A stretch of 54,249 nucleotides of DNA, taken from Syntrophaceae bacterium UBA2192. GTDB taxonomy: Bacteria > Desulfobacterota > Syntrophia > Syntrophales > UBA2192. Made by a program: the position numbers and the translations under genes. Within the stretch, counting starts at the first letter, position 1. The number at the start of each line of letters is the position of its first letter. Below the pieces are notes generated by a model. It was not told the DNA's origin and did not search any database. It saw only the letters and a list, made by a program, of their open reading frames with translations. Below are positions 1 through 7,154 of the stretch, in pieces. The stretch is from the NCBI GenBank assembly GCA_002327315.1, contig DCVI01000197.1, forward strand, positions 30,468 to 84,716. Reading direction: 5' to 3'.

Positions 1-1
1 G

Positions 2-862
2 CGGGATCTGCGGGAAGGCAGGGACCGCGCGGCCGTCCTGCGCGAGATCGGGGGGTTTCTCCGCACGCTCCGCGACCGGCCCTACGAGATCGTCATCGAC
101 TTTCACGGCCTCTTCAAGAGCGCCGTCCTCGTTTTGTTGAGCCGGGGGAAACGCAGGCTCGGCTACGACAGCCTGCAGGAGGGAAGCGGCCTCGTCCTCA
201 GCGAGAAGATCCCCGAGGACATGGGCAAGCACGCCGTGGATCGATACCTCGATTTTGCGCGCCACCTGGGCTGCGCCATCTCGAAGCCCGAATTCCCCAT
301 CGCCTTGCAGGAAGCTCATTTCAAGCGCGTCAGGGAGCTCCTGGCCGCAAAGGCAGTTGACACGACAAGGGGTTTTGTGGCAGTAAGCCCCGTTGCCTAC
401 TGGGAGACGAAGCTCTGGGACGAGGCAAGATTCGCCGCGGTCTGCGACCGCATCGTGAACGAGCTCGGCATGCCCGTCGTCTTCACGGGTGAAAGCCCCG
501 AAGGGCCCATCTCGCGCATCCGGTCGCTCATGCAGGCTCCTTCCGCCTCGGCGGCAGGCGAGACGTCGCTGCGGGAGCTGGCCGCCCTCTACAGGCAGGC
601 TGCGGTACTTCTCACGACCGATTCGGGCCCCATGCACCTGGCAGCGGCCGTGGGAACGCCCGTTGTGGCCCTCTTCGGCCCCACCTCGCCGGAGCGCACG
701 GGCCCCTACGGCGAGGGGCACGTGGTCCTCCGCGAGAAGTTGGAATGCAGCCCCTGCTTCCGGAAGGCCTGCGACACCCTGGAGTGCATGAAGGCAATCC
801 GCATCGAGGAAGTATTTGAGGCCGTGATGGACAGGATTGAAAGCCGCCGGAGACCCCGTTGA
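2..862 (+). CDS. GT9 (ADP-heptose:LPS heptosyltransferase-like) glycosyltransferase, 5' end cut by the window edge
   Basis: The frame of ORF 134..862 stays open back to nt 2 (RDLREGRDRAAVLREIGGFLRTLRDRPYEIVIDFHGLFKSAVL...). It has the GT9-type C-terminal signature TDSGPMHLAAAVGTPVVALFGPTSPERTGPYG followed by a Cys-rich tail. Confidence 0.8.
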   Translation, partial: RDLREGRDRAAVLREIGGFLRTLRDRPYEIVIDFHGLFKSAVLVLLSRGKRRLGYDSLQEGSGLVLSEKIPEDMGKHAVDRYLDFARHLGCAISKPEFPIALQEAHFKRVRELLAAKAVDTTRGFVAVSPVAYWETKLWDEARFAAVCDRIVNELGMPVVFTGESPEGPISRIRSLMQAPSASAAGETSLRELAALYRQAAVLLTTDSGPMHLAAAVGTPVVALFGPTSPERTGPYGEGHVVLREKLECSPCFRKACDTLECMKAIRIEEVFEAVMDRIESRRRPR

Positions 863-886
863 GGTTGCCGGGAAACAGCAAAAAGA

Positions 887-1317
887 GTCATTACGAGCCG
901 AGCCTTGCGAGGCGTGGTAATCGACGAATTAGAATGAAATACGAATATTAAAATTCCTCGCACCAAGGTGCCAGGAATTTAGAAACTTTAGGAAATGTGT
1001 TAGTTGTTATTATGCTCGCTTACCCCGCAGCAAGCTGCGGGGAATGCGCGTGCAATCGTTTTCGCGCCGCTCCTAAGAAACAGCGGTCACGGAGGGGAAA
1101 ATCCCCCTCAATCCCCCTTTTGGAAGCCTCCTTCCGCTTCGCGGGGCTTCCCGGCAAGGAATGAACCATACATGGTTGTGCCCCCTGGCGGGATGCACCC
1201 CCGGTCAAAGGGGGAGGTCTTGCTCCCTCCTTTCATAAAGGAGGGTTGGGGAGGATTTGAATGAGTTGTTTCTTCCATCGATAACCCCGGACAGATCATT
1301 CCCGCGAATGCGGGAAT
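887..1317. repeat. Composite block of GC-rich intergenic hairpin repeats
   Basis: GTCATTACGAGCCGAGCCT (887-905) recurs at 3887-3905. The hairpin CCCCGCAG-caag-CTGCGGGG is at 1023-1042. AAAATCCCCCTCAATCCCCCTTTTGGAA (1098-1125) recurs at 54187-54213. The hairpin ATTCCCGC-gaat-GCGGGAAT is at 1298-1317. Confidence 0.7.
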
Positions 1318-1344
1318 CCAGCGTTGAAACTGAAAGGAAAAAAT

Positions 1345-1515
1345 ATGGCGATCAGCAAGGAGCTCCTCGAGATATTGGCCTGCCCGAAGTGCAAGGGGGA
1401 CCTGCGCCTGACGGAAAAGGAAGACGGCCTGATCTGCGATGCCTGCCGGCTTCTCTACGAGATCCGCGACGAGATCCCCATCATGCTCATCGACGAGGCA
1501 AAAAAGCTGGACTGA
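1345..1515 (+). CDS. Trm112/YcaR-family small zinc-ribbon protein
   Basis: The protein MAISKELLEILACPKCKGDLRLTEKEDGLICDACRLLYEIRDEIPIMLIDEAKKL matches the Trm112 family pattern (LLxILxCPxCKG...PIML). AAAGGA lies 6 nt upstream of the ATG at 1345. The ORF track starts at an upstream TTG (1324). Confidence 0.8.
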   Translation: MAISKELLEILACPKCKGDLRLTEKEDGLICDACRLLYEIRDEIPIMLIDEAKKLD

Positions 1516-1534
1516 ACGTCCTGCGGCTGCTTCT

Positions 1535-2641
1535 CTATTGAGGCGTGCGGCCCGGTTCGATCCCTTTTGCCATCTGCTCGACGGCGTCGGTGACCCGCTC
1601 GACGCTCATCTCCTCGAGACACCGGCTCCAGCCCTTCCCTTCACAGCCCTTGAGAAAACAGGGTGCGCATTCGTCCGGCGGGGCCACCACCAGGTGGCGC
1701 TCCCCCGGCGGGGACCAGTAGCGCCAGTCCGAGGGCCCGTACAGGGTGATCGTGGGGACCCCCACGGCGGCGGCGATGTGGGGGGCGGCGCTGTCCACGC
1801 CGGCGTGGAAGGCGGCCAGGCTGAGAACTCCGGCCAGCTCGGCCAGCGTCGTCTTCCCGGCCAGGTTGAAGGCGGGGCCAGAAAGCCGGGATGCCAGCAG
1901 GGCTGACTTCTGTCGCTCATCGGGCGATCCGACCAGGACGGCCGGAAGCCGGTGCCGCTCCCAGAGCCCGTTGAGCACCGGGACCCAACGCTCGTGGGGC
2001 CACTCCTTGTAGGACCAGCGCGAGAAGGGGTTGACGGAAACCCATCGCGTGGCGCCTTCCAAGCCCACTTCCTGAAGAATGACCGACACGCGCCTTTTCA
2101 CCTCCTCGGACACCCGGAGCCTGGGGGCGCGGTCCGCCGTGTCGATGCCGAATTCCCGGGCGATGCGGAGGGTCTGCTCCACCGCACCCTGGACGAGGGT
2201 CTCCAGGGGGGGCGGGTTAACGATGTGCGTGAAGAGGGGATTTCTCCAGACAGGAATGCCCTGCGCGTAATAGTGGGATACCCGCACGGGGGCGCCCGTA
2301 AGCCAGGCCATGACGGCGCCGCGATCGCCCGCCCTCAGATCGAAGACGATGTCGAAACGCTCGCGTCGCAACTTGCCGACGAGCGCAGACTGTGCGGCGA
2401 TCTCCGCGAGGATTCCCCCTTTGACGGGGGCAACGTTGAACAGCCGGTGAACATCCGGGTGCGCCACGAGCAGATCCCCGAAGCCGCTCCGCGCCAGGAC
2501 GGATACCTCCACCGACGGGAAGGACTCGCGGAAGGCGCGGATGGTGGGTTCCGTCCAGACCACATCCCCGATGTCCCCGAGCTGGATCAGGAGCACCTTG
2601 CGGACTTTGCTGAAATCGATCTTTGAGCCTTTGATGAACAT
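1535..2641 (-). CDS. GT9 heptosyltransferase-like glycosyltransferase
   Basis: 368 aa. The N-terminus VRKVLLIQLGDIGDVVWTEPTIRAFRESFP and the C-terminus AGVDSAAPHIAAAVGVPTITLYGPSD are typical of the RfaF/RfaC family. Confidence 0.85.
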   Translation of the reverse strand: MFIKGSKIDFSKVRKVLLIQLGDIGDVVWTEPTIRAFRESFPSVEVSVLARSGFGDLLVAHPDVHRLFNVAPVKGGILAEIAAQSALVGKLRRERFDIVFDLRAGDRGAVMAWLTGAPVRVSHYYAQGIPVWRNPLFTHIVNPPPLETLVQGAVEQTLRIAREFGIDTADRAPRLRVSEEVKRRVSVILQEVGLEGATRWVSVNPFSRWSYKEWPHERWVPVLNGLWERHRLPAVLVGSPDERQKSALLASRLSGPAFNLAGKTTLAELAGVLSLAAFHAGVDSAAPHIAAAVGVPTITLYGPSDWRYWSPPGERHLVVAPPDECAPCFLKGCEGKGWSRCLEEMSVERVTDAVEQMAKGIEPGRTPQ

Positions 2642-2653
2642 CTTCCAGTCTAT

Positions 2654-2686
2654 CCGGTCTGTCCCGTCTGTCCCGTCTGTCCTGTC
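2654..2686. repeat. 9-bp tandem repeat (CCCGTCTGT, about 3.6 copies) directly upstream of the minus-strand GT9 start codon
   Basis: The copies read ccggtctgt cccgtctgt cccgtctgt cctgtc. The GT9 ATG is at 2641-2639 on the minus strand. Confidence 0.85.
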
Positions 2687-2803
2687 AAATCCCCCCCTGC
2701 CCCCCTTTACAAAAGGGGGGATGATTGGAGATGCCCCTTTATGAAGAGGGGGGTCTCCTTCTTACCTCCCCCTTTGGCAAAGGGGGAAAGAGGGGGATTT
2801 TCT
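2687..2803. repeat. GC-rich hairpin repeats (variants of the AAATCCCCC...CCCCCTTT family)
   Basis: AAATCCCCCCCTGCCCCCCCTTTACAAAAGGGGGG (2687-2720) contains a 9-bp stem. CCCCCTTTGGCAAAGGGGG is at 2768-2786. GAGGGGGATTTT (2790-2801) is the reverse complement of 1098-1109. Confidence 0.7.
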
Positions 2804-2892
2804 GCCTTGTAACTCGACGTAGTTGTCCGTCGGCTGTCTTCTGCTGCCTGAAGCCTGTAGCCCGATTCCTGAAGCCGGCGCGGATGTCCGCG

Positions 2893-3807
2893 TCACGGAC
2901 ATCCGCGCAAGTGCCAGCCGATGAGCTGCGAATAGATTTTCCATTTCTCCCGCAGACCCCGGTGCAGTCCGAGTGACAGCGCGACGCCCGCTCCCGTGAG
3001 AACCCAGTTCACGATCAGCCGCAGCACGATGATGACCGCCGCGAGGGCGGACCAGGCCGTGCTTTTCCACTTCACGAAATAGAGATAGCGCGAGCGGTAG
3101 AAGTGGGTGCGCGAGAGGATGCCGGCCCCGACGCTTTTCCCCTGGAGGTGATAGATCCTGGCCGTCGGGACATGGTAGATCTTCCAGCCGGCCTCCTTCA
3201 TCGTCCTGGCCCAGTCCGTCTCCTCGAAAAAGAAGAAGTAGCGCTCGTCAAGGCCCCCCACGCCGTCGATTGCGCTTTTCCGTACGATCAGAAACGCCCC
3301 GATCCCCGAGTCCACCTCGATGGGATGCGGGTAGTCCTGACGCTTGCTGGGGTATCGCGCCGGAAACAGAATTTCCAGCAGCGGCACATTCACGAGAAGC
3401 GAAAGCAGCGTAGGGAATGCGGCGATGGAGTTCTGCTTGCTGCCGTCGGCATTGAGCAGCTGCCCGCAGGCCATGACCGCCTCGGGATGCTCCTCCATGA
3501 AGGCATACAACTCGTGGACGGCCCCCTCGGTGAGAACCGTATCCGAGTTGAGCAGCAGCGCGTAGCGGCCCGTCATGATCCGGAAGGCCTGGTTGTTGGC
3601 GGCTGCAAAGCCCCGGTTCTCGTAGTTTTCGACTCGACGGACCTGCGGAAATTCGACCTTCAGCATGGCCACGCTGCCGTCGCTCGATGCGTTGTCGACG
3701 ACAATGACCTCGAAGGCGATGCCCTCAATCATTCCGAAGACGGACTTGAGGCAGTCGCGAAGAAGCTCTGCAGTGTTCCAGTTGACGATGACAACGGAAA
3801 GATCCAT
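2893..3807 (-). CDS. GT2 family glycosyltransferase (rhamnosyltransferase-like)
   Basis: 304 aa. MDLSVVIVNWNTAELLRDCLKSV...VVDNASSDGSV...ENRGFAAANNQA is the classic GT2_2 pattern. Confidence 0.85.
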   Translation of the reverse strand: MDLSVVIVNWNTAELLRDCLKSVFGMIEGIAFEVIVVDNASSDGSVAMLKVEFPQVRRVENYENRGFAAANNQAFRIMTGRYALLLNSDTVLTEGAVHELYAFMEEHPEAVMACGQLLNADGSKQNSIAAFPTLLSLLVNVPLLEILFPARYPSKRQDYPHPIEVDSGIGAFLIVRKSAIDGVGGLDERYFFFFEETDWARTMKEAGWKIYHVPTARIYHLQGKSVGAGILSRTHFYRSRYLYFVKWKSTAWSALAAVIIVLRLIVNWVLTGAGVALSLGLHRGLREKWKIYSQLIGWHLRGCP

Positions 3808-3886
3808 GTTGAACGGCGATAAATTCTCTTTTAAAAGATTATCGCTCCAGCTCCTCCTAAAAACAGCGTATACGATCGATCAATCT

Positions 3887-3966
3887 GTCATTGCGAGCCG
3901 AGCCTCTCGCAACTCACTTTCACGATCTCCCTCTCCCTTGAGGGGAGAGGGTTGGGGTGAGGGTGG
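3887..3966. repeat. GC-rich intergenic repeats
   Basis: GTCATTGCGAGCCGAGCCT (3887-3905) matches 887-905 at 18/19. TCCCTCTCCCTTGAGGGGAGA (3928-3948) is identical to 54229-54249, forms a hairpin, and continues GGGTTGGGGTGAGGGTGG. Confidence 0.8.
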
Positions 3967-4021
3967 ATATTCTCAGGCGTGGCAATCTACCGTACTTGAT
4001 CCTCTTCGTCTTTTTTCTACC

Positions 4022-4852
4022 TCACTTCCGCTCTTCCTCACTTCCATCCTTTTGCCGGTTCAGCTCACTGAGCTTGGCGTACTTGAAAAACTTGTTCACG
4101 GCATCGGTGACGGAGAGGACGAGGCCCTGCCGGCCGTCGAGAAACCCGAGGCGAAGGACGTAGTCCTGTACGAAGGTGAGCTCCGCCCGGGCGAGAGCCC
4201 CCCAGGCCGAAGAACGCCGTCCTTGCCGGAAGGCCTCCTCGGCAGCCAGGGTGGAGTAACGGTCGATTTTTTTCAGGATCTCGTCGAGCCGGCTCTCCGT
4301 GTAGTGCTCGATGGGAGACTCCAGGGGCGCAACCTTCCCGGAGACATCCACGGCCTCGTGTACGGCAGCCTCCGTCATCCGTCCCTTGCCGTTGCGGAAG
4401 AGCCGCGTGATCCGGTCGGGCCACCAGCCCATGTGGCGGATCCAGCGGCCCTGGAAGAAATTCTTGCGGGGAAAGCTGTATCCCGCCGTACTCCCCTCGC
4501 CGCCCGGGACGACGGCCCGGATGGCTGTTTCCGTTTCCGGCGGGATCCGTTCGTCGGCATCGAGAACAAGGACCCAGGGCTCGCGGCACCGGTCGACGGC
4601 CATCTGTTTCTGGGGGCCGAAGCCCTTCCAGGGCTCAACGAAGACGTCACAGCCGAAGTCGCGGGCGATCTCGAGGGTCCCGTCGGTGCTCCCCGAGTCG
4701 ACGACGACAATTTGATTTGCGAAGGTAACGCTCTTCAGGCAGTCGGGAAGGTTTGCCGCCTCGTCTTTTGTGATGATCGCAACGGAAAGCGATATTTTTT
4801 CAGCCATGGTCATCTCTCGGACCGGCCCGTTCATGCCGGTTGCGGCCACCAT
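4022..4852 (-). CDS. GT2 family glycosyltransferase (LPS-core KdtX/WaaE-like)
   Basis: ISLSVAIITKDEAANLPDCLKSVTFANQIVVVDSGSTDGTLEIARDFGCDVF...WKGFGPQKQ is the diagnostic pattern. The start is uncertain, with in-frame ATGs at 4852, 4834, 4813 and 4807. The 3' end runs into a repeat (GSEEERK tail). Confidence 0.8.
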   Translation of the reverse strand: MVAATGMNGPVREMTMAEKISLSVAIITKDEAANLPDCLKSVTFANQIVVVDSGSTDGTLEIARDFGCDVFVEPWKGFGPQKQMAVDRCREPWVLVLDADERIPPETETAIRAVVPGGEGSTAGYSFPRKNFFQGRWIRHMGWWPDRITRLFRNGKGRMTEAAVHEAVDVSGKVAPLESPIEHYTESRLDEILKKIDRYSTLAAEEAFRQGRRSSAWGALARAELTFVQDYVLRLGFLDGRQGLVLSVTDAVNKFFKYAKLSELNRQKDGSEEERK

Positions 4853-5036
4853 ACCACAGAAGGCAGCCGGATTAAAACGATGAAATGATTCCGGGTTTGT
4901 GCCGGAAAGGCTGACGCCTTTCGGGCTTCGGGCATAGGGCTTCAGGCTTCAGGAAAGGGAAAAGACCATGGGGGAAAAAAGAGGCCTGTGCCTTTCAGGT
5001 GTCACGCACGCGGAAAAAAAACACATCAATTCATCG

Positions 5037-5064
5037 TTGACTATTCCAGGAAAAGTTCTATAGT
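5037..5064 (+). promoter_or_regulatory. Sigma70-like promoter for the vapBC pair
   Basis: TTGACT (5037-5042), a 16-nt spacer, then TATAGT (5059-5064). It sits about 30 nt upstream of GAGGTG (5085-5090) and the ATG at 5097. Confidence 0.45.
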
Positions 5065-5096
5065 GGAGCCATATTGGAACCAGCGAGGTGTCCCTT

Positions 5097-5342
5097 ATGC
5101 CCGTCAATCTTTCCATCAAGAACGTGCCCGATCAGATTGCAGACAGACTCCGGGAGAGGGCGGCTAAACATCGCCGGTCCCTGCAGGGCGAACTCCTGGT
5201 CATCCTGGAGGAGAGCGTCGCGAAAGAGTCGTTCATGACGGCAGGAGAATTTTTAGCCGAAGTGAAGAAAATGAGACTTAAGACCCCTGCCGAATCGGCC
5301 CGTTTCGTCCGGGAGGACCGGGATGACCGTGCGCGTCGTTGA
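5097..5342 (+). CDS. vapB: Ribbon-helix-helix (Arc/MetJ-type) antitoxin
   Basis: MPVNLSIKNVPDQIADRLRERAAKHRRSLQGELLVILEE is an RHH antitoxin pattern. A GAGGTG SD lies 6 nt upstream. The gene overlaps the downstream PIN gene by 20 nt. Confidence 0.75.
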   Translation: MPVNLSIKNVPDQIADRLRERAAKHRRSLQGELLVILEESVAKESFMTAGEFLAEVKKMRLKTPAESARFVREDRDDRARR

Positions 5343-5718
5343 TGCCTCGGCCCTGGGAGCGCTCGTATTCGGGGAACCGGAGGCCGATGCGATTGCGGGA
5401 CGTCTGGGCAGCGGGCCTCTGGCAGCTCCAGTTCTTATCCGGTTCGAGCTGGCCAACATCTGCCTGAAGAAGATAAAAGCCCACCCTTCCCTCGAAAGGA
5501 AACTGCTCGAGGCGCATGATCTCGGCACCCGGATTGCGATACAGCTCACCGACGTGGATCACAACGAAGTCATTCAACTGGCGAGAAAAAGCGGTCTGTC
5601 GGCCTATGACGCGAGCTACCTGTGGCTTGCCCTCAGGCTGAAAGCTGAATTGATCACCCTGGACATCAAGCTGAAAGCGGCAGCGGCTCGCCTCGGAATC
5701 CTCTCCCGGGAAGAATAA
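5323..5718 (+). CDS. vapC: PIN-domain toxin (VapC family)
   Basis: 131 aa. It begins MTVRVVDASALGALVF (the conserved PIN N-terminal Asp) and has later acidic residues (E...D) and LSAYDASYLWLA. Its size and its overlap with the antitoxin are typical. Confidence 0.85.
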   Translation: MTVRVVDASALGALVFGEPEADAIAGRLGSGPLAAPVLIRFELANICLKKIKAHPSLERKLLEAHDLGTRIAIQLTDVDHNEVIQLARKSGLSAYDASYLWLALRLKAELITLDIKLKAAAARLGILSREE

Positions 5719-5791
5719 GCGACAGGGATTGGGCTCAACATGAATCGCGGAACCGGTAGGACGTCCGTCCCGGCCGTCTGGTGAAAGGTCG

Positions 5792-6934
5792 ATGGGAAAG
5801 AGAAAAAAAATAGCCGTCGTCATCCCCAAGTTCGGCCTCGTGGGTGGCGCCGAAAATTTCGCCGGCGAGCTGACGACGCGGATCGCCGCCGACCCCCGCT
5901 ACGATGTCCATGTGTACGCCAACCGCTGGCGCGAGGCCACCGCGGGAATTACCTTTCACCGTGTCCCCATCGTCCGCTTTCCCCGGTCGCTCACCACACC
6001 AAGCTTTGCCTGGTTCGCCAACCGTGCCATCGCACGGCAAAACTTCGATCTTATCCACACCCACGAGCGCATCTTCGAGGCCGACCTCTTTACCATGCAC
6101 GGCATCCCCCACCGGCTCTGGGTGCGCGACGTGAGGAAAAAGCGGATGAGCCTCTTCGACCGGGCCACGAGCCGGGTGGAAGAACGCCTGGCCCGGAATC
6201 CCCGGTGCCGCCGCTTTCTTGCCGTCTCGACGATCACAAAAGAAAAATTCCTGTCTGAGTACCCCGAAAATGCAGGGAAGGTCCTCATCGTGCCTCCCGG
6301 AACGGACGTGGGACGCTTTGAGCGGCTCAACCGGGAGAGGTGCAGGCAGGAAGTGAGGAGATCGCTGGGCCTGGAGCCTTCGGCCCTTCTCCTGCTATTC
6401 GTTTCCATGAACTTCGAGGTGAAGGGTCTCGACTTCGTCATGCAGGGGCTTGCGGCCCTGAAGCGCAGAGGCGGCCCGGAGATCCCGGTCCTCCTGGTCG
6501 TGGGACGGGGCGACGAGGGGCAATACCGCAGGCTGGCGGGGGAGCTCGGCATCGGAGAGAACGTGCGCTTCTCGGGGGTCACGGGCAGGGAGAACCTCGA
6601 TGCCCTCTACCTGGGAAGCGATCTTTTCGCCATGCTCTCGCGCTTCGACACCTTCGGCATGGCGGCCCTCGATGCCATGGCCGCCTCGCTTCCGGTTGTG
6701 TTGAGCGGCAACGTGGGGGCAAAGGATCTGGTACGCGACGGGGTCAACGGCTTTGTCATCGGCGATCCCGCCGATGGGACGGCCGTAGCGGAAAGGTTTG
6801 CCCGACTTCTCGAAGGGGAGGTCCGAAAACGGATGGGGCAGGAGGCCTTTCTCACGGCCTCCGGACAAAGCTGGGACAATGTGGCCCGAAGGCAGATGGA
6901 GATCTACGAGGAGCTTCTGGACACCGGTCCCTGA
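5792..6934 (+). CDS. GT4 (GT-B fold, WaaG/RfaG-like) glycosyltransferase
   Basis: 380 aa. KKIAVVIPKFGLVGGAENFAGEL at the N-terminus, and C-terminal ...SRFDTFGMAALDAMAASLPVVLS...DGVNGFV. Confidence 0.85.
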   Translation: MGKRKKIAVVIPKFGLVGGAENFAGELTTRIAADPRYDVHVYANRWREATAGITFHRVPIVRFPRSLTTPSFAWFANRAIARQNFDLIHTHERIFEADLFTMHGIPHRLWVRDVRKKRMSLFDRATSRVEERLARNPRCRRFLAVSTITKEKFLSEYPENAGKVLIVPPGTDVGRFERLNRERCRQEVRRSLGLEPSALLLLFVSMNFEVKGLDFVMQGLAALKRRGGPEIPVLLVVGRGDEGQYRRLAGELGIGENVRFSGVTGRENLDALYLGSDLFAMLSRFDTFGMAALDAMAASLPVVLSGNVGAKDLVRDGVNGFVIGDPADGTAVAERFARLLEGEVRKRMGQEAFLTASGQSWDNVARRQMEIYEELLDTGP

Positions 6935-7086
6935 GCGTGACCACGCTTCGTCAAAACATCATCTTCCCGACCTGCAGGACATCCGCTACATGCTCGCGAA
7001 CTGAGGAAGTGAGGAAGAGCAGAAGAGCGGAGTGGAGGGTCTAATCCATTTTCTCTTGTCCGCGCTTCCTCGCTTCCGCTCTTCCG

Positions 7087-7113
7087 ATCTTCGCAGGCTT
7101 AGAACGCGAAGAT
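7087..7113. terminator. Hairpin between convergent genes (possible bidirectional terminator)
   Basis: ATCTTCGC (7087-7094) pairs with GCGAAGAT (7106-7113) across an 11-nt loop. It lies between the GT4 stop (6934) and the ugd stop (7155). There is no clear U-tract. Confidence 0.3.
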
Positions 7114-7154
7114 GCACGTGTGAGCAGAGCTAGACGCTGCACCTCCAAGCACTC

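Noticed and set aside
1540-1565. A GGTTCGATCCC string resembling a tRNA T-loop.
   Set aside because: No acceptor or anticodon stems can be drawn around it, and it lies inside the GT9 coding sequence. I saw no tRNA, rRNA or tmRNA anywhere in the window.
880-4050. Whether the hairpin repeats (CCCCGC...GCGGGG types) are CRISPR repeats.
   Set aside because: The copies are single or differently combined. They are not regularly spaced with unique spacers, they differ in sequence, and no cas genes are present.
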